A stretch of 64,000 bases of DNA from Eledone cirrhosa (GCA_964016885.1 OZ024740.1:273296001-273360000); one strand, 5' to 3'; shown: positions 1-17,554, counted from the stretch's first letter. Program-made: numbers and translations. The notes: generated by a model not told the origin, from the sequence alone.

Positions 1-629
1 TATTCCATAATATATAAGTGACTATAGCGTCAAAATGGGAAAATAGTTAACGGAAGATGTGGGAAAAATAATTCAAACTCAATTCAAAAAGAATCAGGTT
101 ATAGATTTATCCAAGTGAAATCCAGGGAAAAATCAATAGAGCCTTAACTCATGATAAAATAAAGTTTAAAATACTCATCCTTCAATTTGGGACAACTACA
201 AATATATATATATATCTGTATATATATATAATTCTTAAACATTTTATTTGCACATAGACACAATAAATTTCCTATCTTAGTCATGCTGCTACACTAAGAA
301 GTTCACTCTCCAGTTATGAGATCCTGGGTTCTAACATTATATTGTAATTGCAAATAGTTATTTCTCTAAAGTCACGTATGCATTTAATTCTGTATGTCAT
401 ATGTACATTATATGCTGGACATTTATATAATTATTTCCTAGAAATTTATATCATTCTTATTTTTACTCACTTCCATGTATTAGTAACTATAGGGTTTCTC
501 TTATACAAAAGATTGATTGATAAAAAAAAAATTTCCCTAGTTTTTATGATTGTTCATATAGCTGCTAATCTTTGTATATATGGTTTATTGATGCTGGACA
601 ACAAAAATTAAGTATATTCAATGGTATTG

Positions 630-985
630 AAGAATACAATCAGAAATAAAAGTGTCCGAAATAGGGTTCCTCTGAAGGGTCATCGGAATAATGTTACTTA
701 ATAGAGTGTATAGCTCAGAGATCAAGAATTCAGTTGAGGTAGAGCTGCTATTTCTCTGAATTGAGAGAACACAACTCTGATATTATGTACATGTGATTAT
801 AATATCTAAATTAAAAACCCTGGACAAATTTTATGGGCCAAACCAACTGGAAGGAAACCAAGCAAGAAGATTGGATAACACCTATGAAGCCATTTGGTCT
901 TGCTTGGGGGATCCTGCTGGATGAATTGGAAACAGTTGCTTCAGACAGGATCAAATGGATGACATGCTTGAGGATTCTGCCCTAT
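630..985 (+). mobile_element. RTE-clade (Rex3-like) LINE, degenerate 3' fragment
   Basis: Broken-frame translation EIGFL*RVIGIMLLNRVYSSEIKNSVEVELLFL*IERTQL...LWAKPTGR...WGILLDELETVASDRIKWMTCLRILP matches the post-RT C-terminus of RTE/Rex3 ORFs; homologous to 61880-62180. Confidence 0.7.
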
Positions 986-1290
986 GTCTTTCACAGGAAT
1001 AAGTGGGTGACGAAGAAGTTAAAGGAGATATATTTTATATTTCATTTTTCCTTTAGCTTGTGTCTTTATTTAAATCCTTTTTCCTTCAAATCTTCTTCTC
1101 ATCCTGGCTTTCTTTTGTTTATTTTGTCTTATTAACTGCCGCAGTATCACTGACTTCCCTTTTAAAAATAGAGTTTAAAATATTTTTTTTCTATCCTATA
1201 GTTATATCAATTACAGATGTTAGAATACATACATATGCGTGTTTGTCTCTCCACGCCATGCTAAATGATATTAAATGATAATACTGATCA

Positions 1291-1393
<103 letters not shown>

Positions 1394-1403
1394 CATATGC
1401 ATG

Positions 1404-1435
<32 letters not shown>

Positions 1436-3284
1436 CATATGCACGCACACACACACACACACACATAAATACATGGTGATAGTGATGTATGTATCCATAT
1501 GTATACATACATATATATATATGTATCCATATGTAATATGTTTATTTTCTTTCTGCCAGATTTTCCACAAGACATCTTCACAATTCATTACAAAATATAT
1601 AATTTTTTTCATTACATCTCAGAATTTTAGTGTAAGACTTTGTGTAAGTTTTTGGATTATTTTTTTTACTTAGTGTATATTTTCTCACCACATCCAACTC
1701 CCACACATGCACAAACACACATGTTTTTACTGATCCCTTACTTCATCACTTATCTTTAAACATTTGCAATCTTCTTGCTTTTTCTTTAGTTTTGTTTTTC
1801 TCTCGTAATTTTTTTCTTCACTTCATTATTTTAAAAAATAGATTTTTTTTACTATCTTTAAATTTGTTTTGTTTTTGTATTGTAGTCTTATTTTATTATT
1901 TTTTGTGATTTTTTTTTACCCCTCCTGCTTGATAGTTTACTATAGATATTTCTCTTCTTTTTATTTTTGCTAGAGAAACTATTTTTAAGGAGATGTCAAT
2001 ATTAAAAAAAAAGTATGTTTTTTTGTTGTTTTGGGGTTTGTAATTGTGACAAGAAGACAAAAAAGAAAATGTCTTCACCCATCATGTAACAAAAACAAAA
2101 CAACAAAAATTAACAAAATAAAAATGCAAGAAAATTGACATTAGCAGTATAAAACTTGATATTTGGAAACTGAATTCCTCAGATTACAGAAAAAAGTTGA
2201 AAATAGTAAAAAATAAAAAAATATATTAGAAAAGGAAAAAATTAACTCATCAGTTCAAAATATTTAAATTTATTCTTTTATTTATTTATTGCGACTTATT
2301 TTTCTTGCGACTTATATTTCTCTATTTATTTAATTGTTGGCATATTTATTATTTAGATGTGATTGATACTTGTGGGGTTAAATAATTTTATATAGATTAT
2401 TTAATTCCTTTTTGCTCCTTGTATTCTTTTATGGTGGATTGAGGTATCATGTATTTATCCTTTGTATATTATTAAACACTTGAAAGCTTGTTTTCTTTTC
2501 AGTTGTTGCTCAATTGTCATTTATACAATCGAATTTGTACATCGACCTTGCACATTTGTGATCAAAGGCTGACCAATCATGATAACTTTCCTGGCCATAT
2601 ATTCACTTATATGCATTACTCATATGCCTCCATCAATTGAATATATACTAAGAATTTAATCACATCTAACAAAGATACAGCTTTATATTTGCTTTTATAT
2701 CAAGCTGGTACTTACTAACTTAACAAATACTCTTTGCACAACATTATTATGGCAAGTGTTAATTTAAACAAACATTCAAGAACAGCAGACATTATATTAA
2801 AAAGTAAAAAAGACTTTGATGGATCCTTGTTGTAAATACATGGCCAACAGATGAGAATGAAAAGACTAATCAATATGAAATCATAAACTATCAAACAGCA
2901 TAATAGAATAAAAAATATATTCAACATGAAATCACACATTAGAAAACTAAAAAAACATACTTCAGACAACCAATTTAAGATAGAAATTCCAATGTAAACA
3001 TGAAAGTAGGAAACAACATGACACAAACTTTTACATTGGACACAAAAGTATAAAATGCACAAAAAGTACAAGGAATCATTACAGTACATTATATTGCAGT
3101 GTACAATAGAAGTAGATAGAAAAAAACATTAGTTCACATTATGATTTCATATATAATCTACAGTAGGTTTACAAATAGTAAATTACAATCAATCAACACA
3201 CAGATACAACATAGTTTTAGATTATTGGCTGGGACAAGTAAAAGTGTAAGTAATGATTACCTTACTGCCTAGTAATAGATACCA

Positions 3285-3366
<82 letters not shown>

Positions 3367-3387
3367 TGGTATCTATCACTAGACAGT

Positions 3388-3987
3388 GGTACACTGCTCA
3401 GGCATTGCTGATCTGTGGGACTATGTGGAACGACTGCTGTCACAGGTGGGACCGATTCGGTTGACCACCGAGTCTATTGTAACGATCAAGCCGCCTCCCC
3501 TCTTCAAAAACGAAGGAGAGGCGGTGTTTCTGTGCGTAATAGCCATGGCGAAAGAGGTTGTATGGTGGATGCATCTGAAAGGACTGAGGTCTAACACCTT
3601 TCTCTCTGGCCAACAACTGGTCCGTTTCTTCGGATACCATTTCGGAAGAAGTACCAGGATGGAGAGAGAGGTGCTGCACCCCAGCCGTTTCTATGAAAGA
3701 TGGGTGAAAGTGGCGAGAATAGCCCGTGTGATTGGGCCTTCACTCTACATCAGACAGTAGGCGAGAAAGATGAAAGATCAAGGGAGCACCCTCTCTCTGT
3801 GCTCCTGAGGAGAAGGGTTGCACACTTTTTCGGATTGAGGATTTTGTTATTCAATTTATTTTTGTTATATTTTATATCTTATATTTTTATATTTTGTTAT
3901 TGCCTCCTCCTTATTGCTTTTTATGTAAACTCCCCCTATTGTACTTGTCCCACTCTTTGATGCCCTGGTGGCAAATAAAAAGAAAGT
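3388..3987 (+). mobile_element. L1/Tx1-like LINE, 5'-truncated 3' end (ORF2 tail + 3' UTR)
   Basis: ORF 3386-3760 (VHCSGIADLWDYVERLL...AKEVVWW) resembles the Tx1 C-terminus after the CCHC knuckle; the 3' UTR ends in AATAAA plus an A-rich tail; 18-bp imperfect direct repeats at 3370-3387 and 3988-4005; second copy at 35501-35810. Confidence 0.7.
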
Positions 3988-4030
3988 TATCTATTACTAG
4001 GCAGTAAGGTATTCTATTTGCTAAAGCTTG

Positions 4031-4083
<53 letters not shown>

Positions 4084-4194
4084 GAAAAGTATAGAAATTA
4101 TTGATTATATATATATATATATGCAAAAAATAACCAGAAATAGCAAACCAAACTACACAGTACAGTGAAAAAATATATTAGTTTTATGCTTGTT

Positions 4195-4700
4195 GAAAAT
4201 AGTGTTAACGTTCTGGATGCTAGTCCTTCATGAGAAAATAAAATGAGGAATTAAAGAAGAAATAGAAGGATAGAGGGGACAGAATCGAAAATAATAGCAA
4301 GAATAATCAGGTCTTTATAATTACACCACATGTATATACTGTCCAGTTATATAAATTATTCTGATTCAAATGAAGATTAACCCTCTTGATACTTGACCAT
4401 CAATATGATCTCCATTCAGTTTTCAAAGGTGAATGTAAATAACTACAGAGTCCTCGAATCAGTTTATAACTGTTCCCTTTGATTCATTGATTACCTAACA
4501 AAAAGGCTAAACCAGTGTACCCTACCTGTTCCAGGGTGGGATTTTGGTTTATCTCAGGCAATGTTTCAAGATGATCTAGTACTAGTTCATGCTAGCTATG
4601 TAAACTGAATCACATAGAAAACATTGTAAGTGTTGAAATATAGCTTTGAATTGCATACAAGAAGTTTGATCTTGGAATCTATGAGATGATAGTTCAAAAT
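4195..4700 (-). mobile_element. Possible highly decayed Penelope-like EN + pLTR remnant
   Basis: Minus-strand QCFLCDSVYIAS resembles the C..C...YIG part of GIY-YIG; a degenerate hammerhead-like motif (tcatgaaggactagcatccagaacgtta) lies downstream on the same strand at about 4205-4235. Confidence 0.35.
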
Positions 4701-5424
4701 CAATATTGCTTAAATATCTATTTGTTAGAAGGATGTGTAATATCACTACAGTCTGCTGCAAAAATATCTTACTAATACCACAACCCAAAATACTTCACTG
4801 TTGCTCAGATTTGCAAACACAAATACACCAGAACATATACAAGTTTACACATATGTGGACAGATAAGAATGTGCACATACAAGATTCCCCCCAAATACCT
4901 AAAAGATACATGTAAAGAAGATCACACATACACAGCATTATTCACATACATACATCTACACTTGCTGACACAAAATTCTGTATACAATCACACACACATA
5001 CAGAAACATATATACAAAGAAATGCACACAGTGACATGCTTACACATGCATGCACCCACATGCACAAGTGATATCCATAAATCATGGCTATATTTAATAC
5101 CATGACTAATATACCACTTTGTAGAGTGGCGTATTATTAGAATATTTCATACTAATTATTCTCCCACTATATTCTGATATTAAGAAAGAAAATTATATTG
5201 AGGAATATATATATATATATAAATATATATATATACGTTTCAATTTGGTGGTTTATCACTGGGTAGTATTGGTCATTCTGCAATGTTAATCGTGATGTAA
5301 TCTCAGAAAAGCACTCGACGCCATGCAACTCACCCATCTCTGATTTTGAATCTTGTTGGTGGTGTGGGAACAGGAGAACATGTATTATAAAGTGAAATAA
5401 CAGGAGGCCAAAAATGGTGAATTT

Positions 5425-5482
5425 ACACCTGAAGATGTCACCAGGTTCTCACGCAAACTGGCGACTGAAATGTACATAGTGT
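5425..5482 (+). ncRNA. Minimal type I hammerhead ribozyme motif
   Basis: ACAC-CUGAAGA-U-GUCACCAG..CUGGCGAC-U-GAAA-UGUACA-UA-GUGU; helix III AUGUACAU is palindromic; predicted cut after AUA (5478); enclosed by a perfect 30-bp inverted repeat 5383-5412/5517-5546. Confidence 0.8.
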
Positions 5483-5973
5483 TTGCAGGAATATATATTC
5501 AACGAAACTCAACATGTTTGGCCTCCTGTTATTTCACTTTATAATATAAATATACACATTATCATCATTATCACGTTTTTATGTTCATTTTTCCATGCTG
5601 GCGTGCGTTAGATGAGTTGTCCTGTTGTGTGCAATGGTAGGTCAGGTGACCATGTCTTGCTGATACAGAACTGATTTTGACTTGATTTCTACAGCATTTA
5701 ACCATGTCAGCATCACGACGACTTTAAAATGTTTTGGCTTGTCCTGATGGGAGATAAATGGAAGGGTGTGGTGTGGTGTAGTGGTGCATACTGTATATAT
5801 GCCTAGCTTCGGCCATATGCTTTAACAGAAACCATACACAGACAAATATATATATATATAATTATTAATGCCGGTTGCTACAGTCATACAATACCAAGTA
5901 CGTATGTTTCGTTAGACGAGGGACCAGCTTGCTCAACCTGTACTGATGGAAATTAACCAGTAAAAAACATTAC

Positions 5974-6019
<46 letters not shown>

Positions 6020-6024
<5 letters not shown>

Positions 6025-6212
6025 AACCAGTAAGACCCCGACGGCTGAGCTCAAGCCGTTTCGACGGCTAATAAGTCCAGAATTAGCCGTCGAAACGGCT
6101 TGAGCTCAGCCGTCGGGGTCTTACTGGTTCCTATTACCCACTCTACTACCCCAAGTATTGAGTACTTTGGTGCGTTATGGTCCACCTGGTTCCTTACCAC
6201 ATTTCCTTCGTT
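6020..6212 (+). mobile_element. Fold-back hairpin element (about 55-bp arms + about 80-bp tail), (TA)n-anchored; family copy 1
   Basis: taggaaccagtaagaccccgacggctgagctcaagccgtttcgacggcta...tagccgtcgaaacggcttgagctcagccgtcggggtcttactggttccta followed by the conserved tail ttacccactctactacc...ccttaccacatttccttcg; about 10 copies in the window. Confidence 0.85.
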
Positions 6213-6238
6213 ATATATATATATATATATATATATAT

Positions 6239-6402
6239 AACAAAGGAATTGTGGTAAGGAACCAAATGGACCACAACGCACCAGAGTAGTAGAGTGGGAA
6301 ATAGGAAAAAGTATAACCCCGACGGCAGAGCTCAAGCCGTTCGACGGCTATTTCTGGTCGAAACGGCTTGAGCTCTGCCGTCGGGGTCATACTTTTTCCT
6401 AT
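6239..6402 (-). mobile_element. Fold-back hairpin element, subfamily B (ggaaaaagtat), tail-to-tail with copy 1
   Basis: Same palindromic core and tail in reverse orientation, flanked by (TA)n. Confidence 0.8.
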
Positions 6403-6742
6403 ATATATATATATATATATATGTGTATATATGTGGAATTAGGGTTGGTGCTCTGAAATAACGATGTCTATATGAATGTATGTGTAGTATATTTGGCAAT
6501 ATACTGTATGTTTCATTAAAAACATTTAGAAGACCATACGCTATCAGTTTTAAAGTAGTGACTATGTCACTTACTTATTTTCGGCGAAAGACAGAGACAG
6601 ACACACACACATATATATATATACACACACACGTACACACACACACACACACACGCATATATATATACACACACATACAGGCACACATATATATATGCAT
6701 ACATAGACACACACACACAGACACACACACACACACACATAC

Positions 6743-7762
<1,020 letters not shown>

Positions 7763-8412
7763 ATATAGTGAGGGAGAGAGTTAAAAAGAATATAAGAAAT
7801 GGGGGGATTTTATATAGAAAGCGTAGAACTACGATTGTTCAGTGGTACCCTTGAACTAGTATAATGGTGAGAGGAACAATGGAGTGGTGGCTGATATCTA
7901 AGCAGAGACAGAGAGAAAGAGTGATACAGAGAAATAAAGTTAGAGAGAGAGAAATAAATTTCGTGTGGTGAAATTAATGAAAATGGTGTACACACTCAGA
8001 TTGTCTTGTTGACTGACAGACGAACAGTCTTACTGACAAACATTAACATTGGAAGAGAGAAAACTTACTATTATTGTGATGGTCTACTAGAACCTAATAT
8101 CGAAGAGGACCTTATCTATATGAGATTAAAGAAGTAATATTTTTTATTGAATGGCAAAACATCGTACTTCTCATAGATTTAACAGTTTGCAGGGTTGAGA
8201 ACCCTTTAGCACTATAAGATCTATAGATTGGTTAAATCTGTCAAAGTTCCTTCTAATGGTGTATTTGCTTATTCCTATCCACTCTCTTCTAGTTACTTCA
8301 AAAATAAAATGACAAAATATGTACGATTGTATTTCTCTTTCAATCTTCCTATTTTGGTTCTTACCTCGCCCTATCTCTCTCTTACATAGTCCCCTCTCTT
8401 CCCCCTCTCTCA

Positions 8413-8488
<76 letters not shown>

Positions 8489-8489
8489 A

Positions 8490-8609
8490 TAATTTAATAT
8501 AGAAATGGCTTCTACAGGACTAGAACTGTTTCATTCGGAGGAAATTATCGATGATTTCCTCCGAATGAAACAGTTCTAGTCCTGTAGAAGGCATTTCTAT
8601 ATTAAATTA
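8490..8609. repeat. 120-bp near-perfect palindrome centred in a hammerhead-like core
   Basis: Arms 8490-8549/8550-8609; the right arm reads GATGA-tttcctccgaat-GAAA-CAGTTCTAGTC; related sequences at about 35095-35116 and 55204-55260. Confidence 0.85.
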
Positions 8610-8673
8610 CTTTTACTCTGCTATGTATTGAGTACCTTACTTACTGTGGTTATCCCCGATTTAACCCGGGATC

Positions 8674-8739
<66 letters not shown>

Positions 8740-9379
8740 AGATGAATGAAAGTGCTTTTTTTAAAAAGGAATTTATTAGGTATTGACATATGTTTCTGTA
8801 ACAGACGGAATACCTATGTATCGCTGCTTGTGTAATCATATAATGTTAGCAAGTATTCGATAGCAGATGTATAATCAGTTGTCACTTCTTCAGAGATTTT
8901 GGATAAATTGGATAAAATCAGAAAAATTGAAGTATTTATATTAGTAATAGAGGAAGAAGAGAGGGGATAGTATATGACAGATGGTAGTTCAATTTACTGC
9001 TAAACAAGTATATAAAGGGTTTCTAATGAGAATACCATGAGTAAATGGTTTATTTTATCTATATAAGAATGTTTGGGAGTGCCAATTTTAATCCATACTT
9101 GACCAATTGGACAGTGGACAGGGCTGGTCATTTGGTGTAGTAGTATTAATTATAAAGTGTCAATTGGGGAAGGGGGAGATTTCGATTGCTACTGAATAAC
9201 ATCAATGCTAGTAGCCAGCTGGTATATGCATTAGGGAATTGAATTAAGAAATCAGAAATCTCATTTTATCTATAGCAGTTTATATTAAATGGTAAATAAT
9301 AGAAGAGTTGATAGAATTAAGACTAATAGAGAATGTTAATATCTATTTTGACAATCAAACGGAGATAGAGACAGGCGTT

Positions 9380-10045
9380 CAATCCTGGTAGTATTTATAA
9401 TATGAAAATGTAGATTTTAAGCGATGGTTACAGTATAACGATCGCTCTATTCTGTTATTTAATAAAATGTTTTTGGATTTCATAATACAAAATAATTCCC
9501 TATTACATAATTTACAAAATTCCTGTCCGTGGGAATAGGGGGGGGGGGGGCGACGACGACGACGACGACGACAGCCGCTATTATATCCCATTTTAGGTGA
9601 AATTATTGGTTATTTTCACGCAGCTGCCAAGCCTTGTCTGCGAGTGTTGTTACATAACGCTGGTTTTCATGTTTTATCGAGTAACGATGTCTATAAAGGC
9701 GTGATTTGAAGGAGGTGGCTGTAGATCCCACATAGTACCACTTCTGTCTATCCGATTCGATAGTACATTTGTATATGATGTTGCGTTCAAGACATTGATT
9801 GTTCAACGGACACATTCCTGGTTGGACACAGTTACAATTATAATTTTGCGTTGTATTGTCATGGATGGGTTGGTGAGGTTGCTTAGGTAGGACAGGATGT
9901 TGTTTGTTGTTTTGTGATGTTATAGCTAATGTTTTACGTGTATTGTTATGTGTTGGAAGGCGTTTATACAACCTTTTTGCGTTAAGCTTTTTTATATGTT
10001 GTTCAATATTAGGGGCGGTTGAATATGAAAGTCGAATGTTCATCT
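9380..10045 (-). mobile_element. Penelope-like element remnant: Cys-rich linker + GIY-YIG endonuclease (Neptune/Nematis-type)
   Basis: RLSYSTAPNI...CNCVQPGMCPLNNQCLERNIIYKC...YYVGSTATSFKSRLYRH...TTLADKAWQLRE, then LKWDII and PYSHGQEFCKLCNRELFCI...LNNRIE...CNH; interrupted by a stop and a (CGA)n/G-run at about 9538-9572. Confidence 0.9.
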
Positions 10046-10216
10046 CTAACGTAACGATATATTATCACTACATTATTGATAACCTGTAATTTTATATATA
10101 TTAAAAACTTAAAACCACAACTGAATACTAACCCATACAATCACTAATACTCTTTTATTCCTAATTAAACCATTTTTCAACTGTGAACAATTTGTCAGCA
10201 TTTTCTATTCCGTTTA

Positions 10217-10293
<77 letters not shown>

Positions 10294-10343
10294 GGAAAAA
10301 ATGAAATGAAATTTCATTCCCACTCTTAGTACGGCTGTACATA

Positions 10344-10399
<56 letters not shown>

Positions 10400-10411
10400 C
10401 GTGTATGTGTG

Positions 10412-10494
<83 letters not shown>

Positions 10495-10514
10495 GTGTGT
10501 ATCTATCTCTATCT

Positions 10515-12560
10515 ATCTAAGGCGGGTAAAATTCCCGAGATCCATGGACGAGTTCTCTCCAGCAGACTCTGTCCTTCATCATCGCCGTCAACTCTGAATG
10601 TTGCTGAGCATATCCAGCTAACCTCAGTCTCCTCTACGTTACTTTCAAGTTGAACTTTGGGAAGCTCCCGTAGAGCTCTGAGTTCTTCATCCTCAGTGTA
10701 TACTGATCAATGTTCAGAGCCATCCTCAGCATTCTCGTGTAGCACCCATCCACCATTTCAGTGAGTCTCTTGGTCAGTGTTCAAGTCTCAGACCCGTACA
10801 GCAGCACAGACTACACTGTAGCATTGAAGAGACGGATTTTCAAGTATTTACGAAGGTCCGACTTCCACACCAAACTCAAACTGCGGCACGTCACCCAGGC
10901 TTTCCTCTTTCTCTCCACCACGTCATCCTCTATATCCCTAATCTTGCTCCCAGATACAGGAAGTCCTTAATCAACTCTAGCGGCTTCCCGCCAACATTCA
11001 TAATATTATCTGGCTTCTTAATTTTCTCTACCAGATACCTCGTCTTATTCACATTCATTCTCAGCCGCACACTTATCGACACAGTCTCCACCTCTTGCAC
11101 CAACTCCTTCACTGCGTTTGTCACCAGAACCTATATCATCAGTAAATTCAGCATATCATATCTTTTTAGCCTTAACTCTCCTGCTCTGAGCCAGTGCTAC
11201 AACCAAACCAGTGTCCTGATGGTTCTCCAGTGCAAGGCACATACAATAGTCCACTGCGAGGACAAAAAGATAGGGAGCCAATGTATCTTTCTTGAGCACT
11301 CCAGCCAGTATCTCTGTCATTCCGTCAAGTGTAATGATTTGAGCTCTGGTATAGGTGTAGAGCATTGATATCAGGTTCACTATCTTCTCGGGTATTACAT
11401 AAGCTTGTAAGATCTTCATCAGGCAGTGACGGTCCACAGAATCAAAGGCCTTTCTAAAGCCAATGAAAACCATGACTGCAGGAATGCTCTTTGTTCTAGC
11501 TCCCTCTAATATCCTCCTCAGCATCAGGATGTGACTAGTGGATGATCTTCCCTCTATGAAGCCGTTCTGGTTGTCTCTTAGCCTCTTCACCATCGCGTCC
11601 TAGATCCTGTAAAGAATCATCCCGTTGAGTGTCTTTGCCACAAGTGAGTTATATTCCCCCGTAGCTGTAAGTTGTTGGTGTTAGAGAGATCTCCCTTCTT
11701 TGGTACTTGGACGATGTTACTGATCCTCCACTTATTAGGGGCAACTCCTTTCTCCAGTGCCTGGTTACAGGACTCCAGGATGATATCATCAAAATCACAC
11801 CACTACATCGCCTCTGATGACTCTCCATCTACTCCATGGTCCTTGCCCTCTTTGATCTCCATTGCTCTCCCTACTCAGATGTGCATTGACGTCACCCAGA
11901 ACAAGCAGGATGTTATGAGCTCGTATGATGTTGACAGCTCTACACACGTCCTCATGGAACTATTCTGCACTCACATCAGTCCCCTTCGGTTGGACTATAG
12001 GCTGAGATGACTGTCAGCCTTGGGTTTCCACTGAAGATCAGCCTCAACACTTGTGGGGAGACAGGTATGATTTCTCTCACTAATATATTTGCTCTTGTAC
12101 TGAACACAAAACTCACTCCTCCTACTGCAGCATTAGTTGTGTTCCTCACTGCTGATGTGGTGATGAGTTGGCTGCTATTTCCAATCATCATTCTTTTCAC
12201 GGTCTCATCATGTAGGTTCTTGTGTTGTTGGATCGCAAGGATCTACATACCAGTTTCCTCGAACAGATGACCCAACTGCTCTCTCTCTTCTCCAGCGTCC
12301 GAATAGTCCTCACATTCAGTGTGCCGATTTTAATGGGTCTTCTGCAGGTCATAACTATATTCTTTATATTTGTCTCAGAGACAGCTGATCCATCATCCAC
12401 TGGTCCTCCCTGTGGCTCTAAAACAGCAAAGTCATAACGACCAGACTGCTCCTTGACAGTGTAGTTAGGGGCTCTAAACCTACTGCTGTTAAATACACTC
12501 TCCAGGGTTCTCTCCAATGGCTGATTATACCTCACCGGTGGCACTTGAGTAAGGTCATGA
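10515..12560 (-). mobile_element. RTE/RTEX-group LINE, decayed (APE + RT) with internal deletions
   Basis: KIGTLNVRTI and VISAYSPT (APE); QNGFIEGRS, FIGFRKAFDSV, GVLKKDTLAPYLF, DFLYLGA (RT); many frameshifts; (AGAT)n-like tail at about 10500. Confidence 0.9.
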
Positions 12561-12940
12561 TTTAATCCACAAATGGGGCCCTACCAGCTACTACTACTCT
12601 GGGCCAGAGCAGACTTGGGAGTTATAACAACTAAGGGGCAACTCCACATTACCCACAGCTCCTGATCTCCCGAACTGGAGCCTTGCCACTGGAAGTATAT
12701 ACAGGACAAGATATATATGTATACACACAAACATTTACATATATTTATACACGCACACGTGTGTGTGTGTTTGTATGAATGTAGACCTAAATATGTATGA
12801 CTATGTACCTCATTTGAATTGATATACTCATACATATGTTCACTCATACATACATACATACATATATACATACATACATACATACATACATACATACATA
12901 CATACATACATACATACATACATACATACATACATACATA

Positions 12941-15439
<2,499 letters not shown>

Positions 15440-15632
15440 TCACAAAATAAAAGCAATTTCTTAAAATGTTGTTAAGGAAAACATAGGAAGAAAGAAATTA
15501 TATTATTTTTCGGTTCCAGACATGGGGCAACTATCTTTATTATTCAATGTCTCATTGTTATGTTTTGGTGGAAAAGAGTTATTGTTGGGAGGTTTGTCTG
15601 GTATTTCAAGTAGGATGAGTAACTACATAGGG

Positions 15633-15918
15633 CAGCGTTTCTCAAATATTTTACTCTTGTGGAACAGTTGAAATAGTTTTCATGCCTCAGGGAACCCCTA
15701 CATAAAAGTTATTATATACATTATTGATATATATTTCTTTTATATTTTTATCGTAGTTATAATAACCAAGTATCATCCAACGATACACCCTAAGTGTATA
15801 GTAAATTTAAGAACATTACTCAAAATGCATTAGTTTATTTATAATTGTTTCTAACGGAATCATAAGCGACCTCTTGCTGAAACCTAATGTTCCGGGGGAT
15901 ACCGTTTGAGAAACACTG
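15633..15918. mobile_element. hAT-Charlie-like MITE
   Basis: TIRs cagcgtttctcaaa / tttgagaaacactg; 8-bp imperfect TSD acataggg / atatagag, resembling the NTCTAGAN target. Confidence 0.75.
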
Positions 15919-15926
15919 ATATAGAG

Positions 15927-16099
15927 CAGATCTGGCAACACTCCGCGTCCGACGGGGAGATCTCCTACTCACTTTGAAGTGGGTGTAAAGATATCTTCTC
16001 TTGCAAAAACGGGTATATGTTTCATTACGTAAAATCTCCCCATTTTGTGGTACATTTTCTGGTACTTACTGTTTGGGATTTTAGAGGTTGGCAGGTCTG
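15927..16099. mobile_element. Possible hAT-type MITE
   Basis: Imperfect TIRs cagatctggcaac / gttggcaggtctg; no clear TSD. Confidence 0.35.
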
Positions 16100-16624
16100 C
16101 ATTGAGTGTCTATCATAGCCTTAGAGGCGAGCTGCAATAGATAATAAATATCCTAAGAAGTCTTCTTCCATGGTGATAAAATATCTTACTTTAGAAATTG
16201 CACGTCGCATGCTTTCTTTGTTAGGCTACACTTCATGCTTGTGTATATTCACATTTGGAAATACTGGACATGTTTGGCCACCAGCTAAAGCTTACTTTTC
16301 CACAGTTTTGCTCTAATATATAGTAAGCAGAAGCTGATATAATAACACCTTATGGGATAACATTACAAAATGTTATTTTAAAAACTCAAGAAATAGAACC
16401 AGAGAACGAGATCAATAATAATCCTTTCAACCCAGTTCAGTGAACAGTACAGGTGGTCAGACAAGGCTTGGATGGAATTACTGGGTATAAGTTAGTTATA
16501 TTCATAGCACAATGTACGTACATCCATATATATATTTATATATATATATGTGTTTACATATCTATCTATCTATCTATATATCTCTCTCTCTATATATCTG
16601 TCTCTCTCTTTCTCTCTCTCCCCC

Positions 16625-16715
<91 letters not shown>

Positions 16716-16958
16716 TATCATATAGATATATGTTTATATATCTATCAATATTATATATATATAATATATAATCTCTCTCTATATATATATGTATATATAT
16801 GTTTGTATATATATATATGTATATCTGTGGGTATATAGATATACATATATGCATATATAAGTCCTTCAACTTAATCCTGACCTCAACTAAACACCACAAA
16901 ACCATAAAGTAAAAGAAAAAACTCAATTCACATTCAACGGAACCCTACACATATCACA

Positions 16959-17058
<100 letters not shown>

Positions 17059-17399
17059 TTACCGTGTGCTTATATGTATATATCTATATACATGTGAATA
17101 TACAATAGATAACAACCCAATTTATATGAGTTTATATACTTATAGGCAAACACATGTATGGTTAGCTATACGTTGGTCAACTATATGCAATATATATATA
17201 TATATATATATGTAGATAAATCTACCAAGAGTTTACGGTAGTGTCCAATCCGTATGAAGAACTCAATGTATTCCGGATATCATGGAAAGAAGAGATGTAA
17301 TGAAAATCCAATTTCGGTGAAAGATAAACGGTATACAGAGTCAAGATAAAATATTAAACAAATAATGAACAAACAATTCCTTATATTAAACAAAAAAAG

Positions 17400-17554
17400 T
17401 TCACTATTTAACGATCGTTTCTAGGGTATATATGTGCTATAATTGGTATGCATATTTAACAGATCTATGTACAAAATTATACAAAATTATACAAATTATC
17501 AAGATTAAATATACATACCTAACACATATATACGCCGTCTTCAGAAATAATGAA
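17400..17554 (-). ncRNA. Type I hammerhead motif with very long helix II
   Basis: UUCAUUAUUU-CUGAAGA-[about 115 nt: GUAUAUAUGUGUUA GGUAUGUAUAUUUAA...UUAAAUAUGCAUACC..UAGCACAUAUAUAC]-GAAA-CGAUCG-UU-AAAUAGUGAA; 10-bp helix I; palindromic helix III ACGAUCGU. Confidence 0.75.

Noticed and set aside
12576-12700. HDV-like ribozyme upstream of the RTE-group LINE
   Set aside because: Plausible by position, but I could not build the nested double pseudoknot by eye.
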